A stretch of DNA of 38,575 bases. Origin: Macrostomum lignano (Eukaryota). The stretch covers positions 1 to 38,575 of the forward strand of contig NIVC01002981.1 of assembly GCA_002269645.1 (NCBI GenBank), read 5' to 3'. The number at the start of each line of letters is the position of its first letter. The first letter of the stretch is position 1. The position numbers and the translations under genes are program-made. The notes beneath the pieces were generated by a model. The model was not told where the DNA came from. It made no database searches and worked only from the letters and a program-made list of their open reading frames with translations. Positions 11,594 through 21,928 of the stretch are shown piece after piece.

Positions 11594-12377
11594 GTGAGAT
11601 TCTGAGGAACTGTATTTGCCTAATATGTGATGGGCTGGATGGTAAATCCATGTGATCTTACTGTTTCAACTTTATGACAGAAGACGAAAGTCCTGAGATC
11701 TCTTTTCTCATTAGACTATAATGGCACATCCGTATTATTTATTGAAGGGTTCTTCCTCTACCCTGGTATAAAGTGTTTTTACATGTTTTTATCTCAATAA
11801 ACAGGTTTGACTTTGGTGCGTGTTCTGATATCTACCCTCGTATATTAACTAATTCCAATCGACTAAATAGTACAGTCCTAATTTAAACTGTCTCATAACA
11901 ATCAAGACTGCTCTATATTGTACCTAGCTATCATTGTCTCTTGCAAAGCAGTAAGTATGCGAGTAAATTCATCTCTACCGCACTTCCAGATATAGGATAG
12001 GAAGTTTGTAGAAAAGACCCGTGAGCATAGGCAGGCGCACTGATCAAACAGGGACCAAAAACAAAACAGTTGAGGTGGTGGCCGCTATGAAAATGGAAGT
12101 AAAAACATACTACTCAGCACATTCAAGCCACGAGCGTCAAGGTTGGGAAAACTCCTGCTTCAGGCAACACCGACAGGTGGCAAGGAGAGTGCAGGGAGGA
12201 CCTGTTTTTAATCTGGTTCAGAATAATGTACGAGGTTTATTTTTAAGCCCAATTCATCACGTTTTAGTACGACTCATGCATGCCCAGTTGGAAATTTTTT
12301 AGCAAGGGGAATACGTCTTCCAGCGCAGGTCCTAGCTTTATGCATCGTCCAACCACTCGTCCAACCGCTCATTTCAG

Positions 12378-13798
12378 GCAGCTCGCCTGCCATTGCGGCC
12401 GATGCGTGCGGCATGCGGCCTGCCATGGACACTTGCTATGCCTTTCAGTGCTGCAGCGAGTTCTGCGCAGACCGCTGCTCAGTACTGCTCAGCGACCACG
12501 AGAAGGTCCACCTGGTAAGGGCTACCAGGCCCAACTCAAACAGCGATCTAAGAGTCAGCTTCAGTTTTCACGAAAAGAAGATTATTCGGCAACTGAATAC
12601 CATCCAAGGACAGCTCTTCATTCTCCTCAAGTTTGTCTGCAAGAGGCTGCTGCCACGTCTATGGCGAACGCAGGGCCTCAAGACGTACAATGCAAAGACT
12701 TTGCTTTTTTTCATCATGGAGAGGCACAGACTCACCGAGCATGTCTGGCAGCCTGAGAATCTGATCTCACTGTTAAAGGAGTCCTTGAATCTGATGCTGC
12801 AGTTCATGACAGACAGCCCGGACCCTGACATTTGTATGCCTCACTTCTTCATGCCGAAAGCCCCTCTTTTTGTGAAGAACGCTGGAATCGGTGGAAATTA
12901 TCTCGGGACCAAACGCAGGATAGCGGAGAAGCTGTTCGAGTTGAGGAAGGATGTGAATCAACTCTATCAATCCATCAGCGCGCACGTGCGCCCTTTGCAG
13001 TCCCGCAAATTCTACTGCCACCCATTCACCCTTTTGCCGCTGACGCCGTGTCTCTCCTTGGCTGAAGTGGAGAAGCAGAAAGTGGATACCATAGTTTACG
13101 TGCACTACGGAGCGCAAATCTACAACTTAGTTTTTGCTGCTATTGTTGAGCTGCAAGCGGATGGTTTTGACAAGAACGCATTTGCTAAACGGGTCTGCCT
13201 CCTGCCGCACAACTGCTGCGATACAGCCAAACTGTGCCTGATGGTGATGGCTGAACTGAAGGTCGGAAATGAAGCGGAGGCTAAGAAACTGGTGAGTACT
13301 TTTACTCACCACCCCGTGCAGAGTGGCTGGGATGCCACGGACTCCATCTCTTGGGATGAATTTTTTCGGGAATTTCCGAGACATAACTTTGCATGGAGAT
13401 TCTGCTTTGCCTGGGAGCCCAATAACCCGGCGTTGAAGTTTGACTTCCTGCCGCATTCAACAAGACACCTCATCGCGGTGAAATCATCCGGCCAGTCCTC
13501 TCACCTTTACATCAATTTCCGCTGCCTGTGGTGGAGCCTAGTGTTTGAGACCCAGCCTCTCCTGGGTGCACTCTTTGTGGAGAGGTGGCTGAAGGAGCTG
13601 CGTGAGGATTTTGAGGACGCAGAGTTTATGGAGTTGGAGACTGTATATCACATTTGCCTGAAACTGGAGCTACAGAAGCATGCGCAAGAAGGCTTAAGAC
13701 TGATGGAGCAGCTGGTGCGGGACCAGAAGGCAGGCTTGGCGAGAGGCGAGGCTGCTGATGAGGAAAAGTTTGAAAGCCTCAAAAGTTTAAACGATTAA
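12378..13798 (+). CDS. Exon 4: third catalytic Asp, Mab-21 C-terminal lobe and an unannotated C-terminal extension
   Basis: Acceptor CATTTCAG ends at 12377 and is in phase with exon 3. Motifs MDTCYAF, VHLV, LRVSFSFHEKKII, LKTYNAKTLLFF, WQPENL and CMPHFFMPKAPLF match Mab-21 consensus elements. Stop TAA with an overlapping AATAAA. Confidence 0.88.
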
Positions 13799-14597
13799 TA
13801 AATGAGGCTTGATTGCTACTCAATTTGCTTCTCCGAGGGCTCACGGATTTTTTAAACAATATTTTTCTCAACTATGTATGTAAAATTCGTCTTGATAAAA
13901 AGTATTACCACAGTATAACAGTTATATGAGCTGTAGCTGATTATTCAATTATTGGTGATTTTTGTATTGTCTCTAAATTTCCAACATTTTGAAGATATTT
14001 TTTACTTTGCTTTTAATGCGCAGAAATTTTTGGGTACTAAATGTCAGTGAATGATGTCACTGAAAATTGCGTGGGAAGCAGTTTACTATACACACGAGTG
14101 TGGCTTGATGCTCACCCACCCTTTTGGATCGAGTCTAAGTATATTTCCTTTGTGCACAACCAAGCCACTGCAAGTGCTCCGTTGCTTTGCACGGATATCA
14201 CCATCTTGGGTTACGCGTAGACTGAGCGTGACATGATTTTGGAACCATCTTGTGAACGTTCACTACGTTTATATGTACTCGTAAGGGTCAGTTAACGCAA
14301 TCACGTATAACAGTAGCAATACAATAAATTCTACAAGATCAGGCCGGTAATGCTAAGCCTTAATTACCCCCTCGCTTGGCTAGACTATGTCTCACACGGG
14401 ATTTTCGTGCATCTTGCCCCGACAAAAATGGTGGAAATATAGTGCATCTGAAGCGCTTCTTAAAGCGGCATGCAAGAAACTCCTTGGCTTTTCTACCTCA
14501 GGCATTTTTGTGTTTGAAGACACCTACATCGCCTACATCGCATACAGATAATAAAGAATGAATGGCTCTTGACTGCGCTCCTTGTTGTTGCAAGTGC

Positions 14598-14745
14598 AAT
14601 GCTGACGAAACCTTTGCTGTTCTTGATAGTCATTGCCAACACTTCTTTAATTTCTAAATTCTTTAAGCTCTACTCACATAAAAATATCCAATTTACTATT
14701 ACCGTTGAGATTGGAGGGAAGAAACTTCCGTTTTTGGATGTCGAC
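14598..14745 (+). mobile_element. Decayed Penelope-like reverse-transcriptase fragment
   Basis: NADETFAVLD (degenerate YVDDTF) followed, after a stop and frameshift, by HKNIQFTITVEIGGKKLPFLDV, which resembles the PLE HxxIKFTxExE...LPFLDV motif. Confidence 0.6.
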
Positions 14746-15209
14746 GCTGATTTTAATGGTGATTTGATCTTCAATTTTTTTACTTTTTCTTAAAGTTGAT
14801 ACAAACATTTGTCTACTTAATGATGATTAACGTTGAACGAGCTATACACTTTCAGATTCAGCTTCCGTTTTTACTTGTGCTACTGACTGAATGGCTTTGC
14901 TGCCCAAATTGCCCCAAATTTGCTTCTGTATACTGATCTCTATTCGTATACAATACAGACCGACTTACAGACAAGCTGATGGCCTCGAACTCCGATTGTG
15001 TCCTGACTTATTTCCTGCCTAATGCAAGCATTCCTATATTTAGGTCATTAGATTCCTGGCGGCCCTCCATTTCGATTTAAGTGCACCCCAATCTAATTTT
15101 GACAGCTTTAATTACCATTGATATCCGTCTGTCTGACGGATCTGGTCAAGACCCGGCTCCGGATGTTACCCAGTCAGCGCTTTTGATAATACTCGAGGCG
15201 TGTAACGCC

Positions 15210-15314
15210 AATATTAATAATAATAAAAAGAATATTAACAATAATAATAATATTATTAATATTAATAATAGTAATAGTAATAATAATAATAATAATAATA
15301 ATAGTAATAGTAAT
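15210..15314. repeat. Imperfect (AAT)n microsatellite
   Basis: AATAATAAT/AGTAAT runs, seen as poly-Asn in ORF 15081-15317. Confidence 0.95.
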
Positions 15315-15640
15315 TGATTTCACTAGCCTCAATGGGCCAGATGTGCAACCGACAGCTCAGCCGCAGCTATTGCGTCTTACATCTGAAGGCTGCATACGGC
15401 TGTTCAGTCCAGGGACAGTTGCCAGTTGCTTAAGTGACCGTCTCCCCTCTGCGAGACCCCACGCTGGCACTCCAAACCCATTTACTCAAGCAGAAACAGA
15501 AGAAAAAAGCTTGTGGGCAATAATAGTATTCATTGCTTGCTTGACCATCTACTCGGTTCCCTTAGGACTATGTTTCGACGTGCCTTTTCTTCCAAAAATT
15601 CAACCTTCCGTTTCAAATTCCAGAATCCGCCTGCAATACA

Positions 15641-18538
15641 ATGGCTGCAGCTCCAATGGAGAGTGCCGAAGCCACATCGAAAATCCAGTTTGCAGTCTCG
15701 CTGCTCACCCACGGCATGAATCAGATACTCAAGACGGCCTTGGGACTGAATACCACTCTGGATTTCAACAACTCGCTAAAAATGATTGTAGATGAGCTGC
15801 AGAAACTCTTTCCTGACCCGGCTGTTCAGAGACAACTGCGTGGATCCTTGGAGAGAGCCAGGGCCGTTAGGAACCAGTATTCTCACCACGATTTCGATGC
15901 AAACCGGTTCGAGCATGATATCGAGTGCTTTCTAAAGCTGGCGGAGTTGATGGGGCTGAGCGACTGCAGAAGAGAAATATTGAAGTTTGCTGGCGTTTCT
16001 GGCGAAGACTGGGAGAAGCTGAAGGTCGAGGGGAACAAGCATTATGGAAATAAGCGATGGGCGGATGCCATGGACTGCTACACAAAAGCCATCAGAATCA
16101 ATGCAAATTTGGCCATTTTGTACTCAAACCGAGCTCTGTGCGAGCTCAGACTATCCAAATTTAACCTGGCCCGTGAAGATGCGGAAGATGCAATCCAGCT
16201 GGACCCAAAGCCGGTAAAATTCTATCGAATTCTGTCGGAAGCTCTTGCAAAGCTTCGGCTCTTTAAAGAAGCATTGGCCATCTGCAACGGAGGCTTGGTC
16301 CGCGATCCCAGAGATGATATTCTTCTTCTGAGGAAGAGAGATTGTCAAGCTTATTTAATTGATGAAAGAGTGAAAAAGCAGCCTGTTTGTGGTGGTCTTG
16401 GGGAGCTGAATGATCCTGAAGTTGCCCGCCACTCTCAAATGAACATAATTCAACAATCTTCCAATGTTTCTCCTAGCGATGTCAGCCCAATGAACGATTA
16501 TCAAAGCGAAAGCTACACCGAAATTGTTGAGGCTCATCAGATCCTGCAGTCCGGCAGGGGCAATGTTGCTGAAGAGCAGAGGGCGCTTAGAATATTCCAA
16601 TCAATTGCAACGCGTGGGTGCGCAAATGGGCTGTACAATTTAGCTGTGATGTACAAAGACGGCAGAGCTGGGCTGGCTCGTGACTCAAAGAAATATATCA
16701 ATTTGTGCGACCAAGCCGCCGGGCAGAAGCCCTATCTGGATGATGGCTCCGCGATTTTTCGGAATGTTGGCGTTGCTGAAGCGGAGAACTCAATCGGAAT
16801 GGCTTACAGAGACGGTCTGACCGTTGATCAAGACAATAAGCTCGCCTTCGAATGGTTTGTGAAATCCGCTCAGCACGGCTGCCCGTCAGGTATGAACAAC
16901 CTCGGCGTGGCACTCGAAAACGGCACCGGCTGCAAGCAAAACTTGGCGTCAGCGCGCTGGTGGTACCAGGAGTCTGCCAATCTGGGCCAGGCTGAGGCCC
17001 GATACAACCTCGCACTTATGCTTGCGGAAGGGCGGGGAGGACCCGTGGACACAGTAAAAGCGACGGAGCTGCTTCAAGCCGCTGCGGATCAGGGCCTCCC
17101 AGGATCTCTGAGAGCTCTGCAGAAGCTTTCACAGAGCGGCGCTCTTGGTGCGAGAATTAATGAATCAAAAAAAGTTATTATGCAAAGGGTAGAAAAAAAC
17201 GACAAAGAAGCACTGCTTCTTCTGGGCGAAAACTACATGAGGGGTAAAGGCGGATTCCGAACAAATTTGAAGCAATCGGAGGAATACTTCAAAAAAGCTT
17301 CGGATATGGGTCACGAGAAGGCTACTGTTGCCCTGGGCAGCTTGCTTCTGCAGCAGAATAGAAGCGAAGAAGCAGTGTTTTTTCTTTCAAAGGCTGCTGA
17401 ATGGGAAAATGCTGATGCGCAATGGATTCTGGGCCGTCTGCTGTCACTGGGGCAAGGCTGCAAGCGAGATTTGGATCAAGCACGCAGATGGATGATTCGA
17501 TCCAAGCGAGAAACTCCAGATGTCATCAGTGACGTGATTGAATTTTTCAATGAAATTATAAAGTTTGAAGGCATCAATGGGCTTTCGCAAGAAGGACTTT
17601 CATGCGACGAGAGATGTGAGAGATACTGCGACTCTTCGGTGCCAGATCCATCGCTGAGAGATGCAATTAAAAAGCTGCGCAAGTATTTTACACCTCGACA
17701 AGCAAGTCCAGCACCAGGTCTTTGCTTTCATGATTTGAATCATGAGATCAACGTGATGGCCGAAAGGGTAATCACGGGGTCTGAGACGGCAAAAAAGTAT
17801 TTTGTTGGCCTGGGCCTTCTGGCTGATTCCTACACAGCCCTGCAAGGCGGCGAGCATTCTGAAGCATTTCATCTGTTTCGGAAAGCTGGAAGTACCTGGC
17901 AGCCGCTTGATATTGATGCTTTGACTTGGGAAAGTTTCTACTCTGCTGCAACCAAAGCCTTTAGGAACGATGAAAGAGATGCCGCTGCACTGTTTGTAAT
18001 CATGCGCTACCATCAGACACGTCAACTTAGCAGCAACGCCGAGCTACTTGAAATGACAAAGACGTGCACCGAACTGGACCCAGCTGTCGCTGACTACCAC
18101 ACCTTCCTGATCCAAATGTACTGCACTATTGGTGACTTTGATAGCTGTCTAAGAGCTATCGACCAAGCTCGGGAGCTTGAGAGTGAGCCAGCGTGGCTTT
18201 ATGAACGAGCGACGTGCTTGAGAATGCAGGGTCGGAATAACCCAAAAGCAGTCATTGAAGCCTACCAGAAATTCATTTCTTCAAACGAGCCCGACAATCG
18301 CAAGGTCCCGGAGGCCCTCTATTGCATCAGTCGTGAATATATTCAATTGATGGACGAGCGCAAGGCAAGGGAGTACTTTGAGAAGGCACTGCGCGCTGAG
18401 AGTGCAGAGGTGAGGCTTCCGTGCTTTCCACCAATCAAGGATTTCCCTCCAAAGAATCAGGTTAAATCCATGCTCGAAGCCATGCATCTGGCAGCAGATT
18501 TGGAGCGCCTATTAAAGACTCAGCTTCTTCTAGGCTGA
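15641..18538 (+). CDS. Intronless 965-aa protein: N-terminal HEPN-like domain (Swt1/DZIP3-type, RxxxxH), 3 TPRs, SEL1-like repeat array and C-terminal TPR region
   Basis: RAVRNQYSHHDF at aa 74-85 (RNQYSH at nt 15869-15886) within a helical 115-aa domain. STI1/SGT-type TPRs (LKVEGNKHY...AMDCYTKAI, LYSNRALCELRL). SEL1 repeats (AENSIGMAYRDGLTVDQDNKLAFEWFVKSA, GMNNLGVALENGTGCKQNLASARWWYQESA). Confidence 0.88.
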   Translation: MAAAPMESAEATSKIQFAVSLLTHGMNQILKTALGLNTTLDFNNSLKMIVDELQKLFPDPAVQRQLRGSLERARAVRNQYSHHDFDANRFEHDIECFLKLAELMGLSDCRREILKFAGVSGEDWEKLKVEGNKHYGNKRWADAMDCYTKAIRINANLAILYSNRALCELRLSKFNLAREDAEDAIQLDPKPVKFYRILSEALAKLRLFKEALAICNGGLVRDPRDDILLLRKRDCQAYLIDERVKKQPVCGGLGELNDPEVARHSQMNIIQQSSNVSPSDVSPMNDYQSESYTEIVEAHQILQSGRGNVAEEQRALRIFQSIATRGCANGLYNLAVMYKDGRAGLARDSKKYINLCDQAAGQKPYLDDGSAIFRNVGVAEAENSIGMAYRDGLTVDQDNKLAFEWFVKSAQHGCPSGMNNLGVALENGTGCKQNLASARWWYQESANLGQAEARYNLALMLAEGRGGPVDTVKATELLQAAADQGLPGSLRALQKLSQSGALGARINESKKVIMQRVEKNDKEALLLLGENYMRGKGGFRTNLKQSEEYFKKASDMGHEKATVALGSLLLQQNRSEEAVFFLSKAAEWENADAQWILGRLLSLGQGCKRDLDQARRWMIRSKRETPDVISDVIEFFNEIIKFEGINGLSQEGLSCDERCERYCDSSVPDPSLRDAIKKLRKYFTPRQASPAPGLCFHDLNHEINVMAERVITGSETAKKYFVGLGLLADSYTALQGGEHSEAFHLFRKAGSTWQPLDIDALTWESFYSAATKAFRNDERDAAALFVIMRYHQTRQLSSNAELLEMTKTCTELDPAVADYHTFLIQMYCTIGDFDSCLRAIDQARELESEPAWLYERATCLRMQGRNNPKAVIEAYQKFISSNEPDNRKVPEALYCISREYIQLMDERKAREYFEKALRAESAEVRLPCFPPIKDFPPKNQVKSMLEAMHLAADLERLLKTQLLLG

Positions 18539-19014
18539 GTGGAGCTCAGTGCGCAGCCTGCGGCCTGCCCGATGCCCACTTCCGCTGCAGCAGATGCAAG
18601 GACGCCCACTACTGCGACCGGGTTTGCCAGCGGAAACATTGGAAGGAACACAAAGAGTTATGCGTGAAAATATGAAAGACCTATCTATTTAGCAAGTATT
18701 TTTGCAACATTAGACCTCTAGGACTCATTGCTAAAAGTGCAAGGGGTGGTCTCAAGTGCAGAAAAGGGGACCTAAATGTTTAACGATTTAACTACTGAAG
18801 TATTTTAACATTTTGAACCAAATGGAAGCTGGGGGGGGCTAAAACATAAAGTGATGAATTTCTCAAATGCTTTGGCTACAAGACCGTAAGGTTCCGTGTT
18901 CCAACCTGAGCCCAGGAGGTGCCCCATGCAATGGGCACTTGCCCTACCGGAAAGCGCCCTCCGTTAGTAAAGGAGACTAAATTAACTAATTGGCGACTGT
19001 AAGAGTTAATGGCT

Positions 19015-19129
19015 CGTTCACACCGCCATAAAATGAGAACTATTTTAAAGTGATTGCTTCAAAAGGTTTCAAGTATTTTTGTCATATCATTGTATACATC
19101 AGTCGTGTGAATTGATGGCGGTGTGAACG
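19015..19129. repeat. Perfect 15-bp inverted repeat enclosing 85 bp, probably a MITE or transposon subterminus
   Basis: CGTTCACACCGCCAT at 19015-19029 and ATGGCGGTGTGAACG at 19115-19129. No clear TSD. Confidence 0.6.
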
Positions 19130-19433
19130 CAAAACGCACAGACATTGCACGCAGCACCTGTGGTTGTTGTAATTCCCTGTAAATTTGACCACCACTTGCT
19201 ACCTTGCAGCGGATCAACTTCAATTCAACCTATGTTTTACTTGTGTAACCGTGTTGATACACTTTGGTTTCTCTCCATTCTTTCTACACTTTTACGAGTA
19301 CAAGCTATGCGGGCTGCATAGTTTGCATGCATACATTTTGTGTCGTCCATCTTCAACGGCAATAAATCTAACCTTATATGAATTGATTGTAACGTTCTAG
19401 TCTATTTATCAAAAATCAATTTTTTTCTATCTA

Positions 19434-20428
19434 CGAGGGGTGTCCAAAAAGTAGTGATACTTTTGACCGTGGCTCTCGTTCTGTAGCTTCCTGTGATTTA
19501 AAATTTTATGAACTGATAGCGGAAAATCTCTTCTACAGACTGCTTTTTGAATTTTTAAAATTGATACTAGAGAACAAAAGTTATACCCACGAAAGTAACA
19601 GTACCTGTACCATAGAGTTACACAAATTATATCGAAATTTATAGTAGTTGACTTCTGCACTCATTCATTAAGAAGGCATCGATAAATGTCTTGTTTAAGC
19701 AATACCAAACCCAATTGCAAAATGATGCTCACTGTGACTGACTGAAATTTATCTATGGACGGGATCAGGCGCAGAAAAATAAAGCATTAAATGCATTACT
19801 TTACTTGCAAACAGAGGATCGCTTGCATTTTGCGATTCGTTCATGATTTCATTGCCCATACTCGACAACACACATGAATGTGCACTCAGTTGTTGCTCAG
19901 CAAAGTACCATCTTCACTCTTTGGGGCGCTGGCCATGGTGCCTCAGAAATTCACGCAAATCTTTGCTCTGCGCACGGATCCTCTGCGGTCAGCAAAATGA
20001 CAGTTTATCGATGGATGGAGCAGTTCAGCGAGGGAAGGATTGACTTGGCAGATCAGCATTGGACGGGGCGGCCATACGTTCATCGACCTGATGTACTGGC
20101 GGACTCCATTCTGAATCTTCTTGACGAGGACTCCCGAATGACCATTAGAGAGATCGCTGACAGGTTGGACAAGCCGAAATCAACAATTCATCGAAGCTTA
20201 CTCGGCATGGATCTCGTGAAGCTCAGCCTATAATTTGTGTAACTCTATGGTACAGGTACTGTTACTTTTGTGGGTATAACTTTTGTTCTAGCTGGTATCA
20301 ATTTTAAAAATTCAAAAAGCAGTCTGTAGAGGAGATTTTCCGCTATCAGTTCATAAAATTTTAAATCACAGGAAGCTACAGAACGAGAGCTACGGTTAAA
20401 AGTATCACTACTTTTTGGACACCCCTCG
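19434..20428 (+). mobile_element. Non-autonomous Tc1/mariner element, 995 bp, TIRs about 200 bp, TA target duplication
   Basis: TA|CGAGGGGTGTCCAAAAAGTAGTGATAC at the left end and GTATCACTACTTTTTGGACACCCCTCG|TA at the right. TIRs span about 19434-19631 and 20229-20428. Confidence 0.93.
19874..20233 (+). pseudogene. Truncated mariner transposase ORF with only the bipartite HTH DNA-binding region (119 aa)
   Basis: ASEIHANL...TVYRWMEQF...GRP (HTH1 and linker) and MTIREIADRLDKPKSTIHRSL (HTH2). Stop at the start of the right TIR, no DD(D/E) domain. Confidence 0.85.
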
Positions 20429-21622
20429 TATCTAGCTAGATATGCGATTTGTATTCCCTGAAGTTTCAATTACTACTATATATCGATTCTTGACAATGTA
20501 CAAGAAACTTCCGTCGTGAGCGTGAATTTCTTGCCAAAATACTCGAGTCTATTCTTTGATTTTTACTTTACTGATCAGCATAACCACAATGGTCAAGATT
20601 TTTTGCTTTTAATTAATATACTGTGGCGGCCAGACAGTACGCGACTGGCAGCACCAGTGCAGCCGCACTGGAAACGCCCCCAAACCTCTGTCTAGCTGAG
20701 GTGGGGTGGGTGCGCGCCATGCTAGCCGGCTCGCTAAGCCGGGGGGGGGTCGGCGTAGCCTATCACGCCACGCCACCTTTTCGCACCTCCCTAGGCCCCT
20801 CAATCTCGCGCAGTCTGTGTACATATAAATATACACGCAATGCAGCACAAAAATCTTCGCTGCCATTCCATCTATTGAAACTAAAAGGCCTTCCGCCTCA
20901 ATACTATAATTTCTAACTACAGATCGAACAATGTATCGTTTTTTCTTGCTGTCACTGATTTCTTTGATTTTTTTACATGACGTTCCTACAGATTTAAACA
21001 AAAATAGGCAAATAGCGCTCTACACTATGTGTCAGACTGCCCAGGCTGTTACCTCGCCATGTTGCTGCATGTACGCTCGTAACACTTTTTGGGGTCAGTC
21101 AATATGGATGGACCCCTACGTATAGTATACATGTATAGTAGTGCCTTTTGGGGGCACTATATATGCATGTGTTAAAATGATTCTTCTAGTTAAATTGCTT
21201 GCCTTGTTTCTTAGTAATATTCACCTCATCTTGAGCACTTTTCTCCTCTTGGTGCATTCTCGGTGCAAATCCTGGTGTTCTTTAATCTATGGTACAGCGC
21301 GTTTGTCTTTCGTGTGGTTTATTCTCACTTGAATTGGTCATTTAATTGGCATGACGGCCGCCGTGCTCTTATCATCCACAGCCTTCTTTCCATTTCCTTT
21401 GATATTCCATCCAGCAGTGACTATACATGTACTACGAATTGTTTTCCGGTCCCGCAGGACCATGCACTAAATTGCTCAATGCTATACGTACTGGGTTCCT
21501 TGTACTGCCTTTCCGATTACCTTCCTCCAGTAGTCCATGATTGCTTTATACTTGCCTTAACGCTTAAATTCGTCGTTCTAGGAAGTCGCGGAGAGCTTGC
21601 GTGCATGGTAGCCGTCCACCCA

Positions 21623-21899
21623 GTGTTTAAATTGCATGCACGGCAGCTATCCACATGGTGTTTAAATTGCATGCACGGCAGCTATCCACATGGTGTTTAA
21701 ATTGCATGCACGGCAGCTATCCACATGGTGTTTAAATTGCATGCACGGCAGCTATCCACATGGTGTTTAAATTGCATGCACGGCAGCTATCCACATGGTG
21801 TTTAAATTGCATGCACGGCAGCTATCCACATGGTGTTTAAATTGCATGCACGGCAGCTATCCACACGGTGTTTAAATTGCATGCACGGCAGCTATCCAC
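21623..21899. repeat. Minisatellite, 35 bp unit GTGTTTAAATTGCATGCACGGCAGCTATCCACATG, about 8 nearly identical copies
   Basis: Visible tandem unit, ending about 30 bp from the LTR end. Confidence 0.97.
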
Positions 21900-21928
21900 C
21901 TAGTTATTTAATTTTATGTGCACAGCAG

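Noticed and set aside
14040-14900. Hammerhead ribozyme associated with the Penelope fragment
   Set aside because: No CTGANGA...GAAA core with flanking stems was found by eye.
13780-15630. Splicing the cGLR directly onto the HEPN gene as one giant fusion
   Set aside because: A phase-compatible donor exists only as weak A|GTTTAA near 13787. The exon ends in clustered stops with AATAAA, so separate genes are more likely. It can still be checked with long reads.
21-21899. Short tandem arrays (21-272, 607-946, 2669-3078, 21623-21899) as CRISPR arrays
   Set aside because: Repeats are head-to-tail with no unique spacers, there are no cas genes, and the context is eukaryotic.
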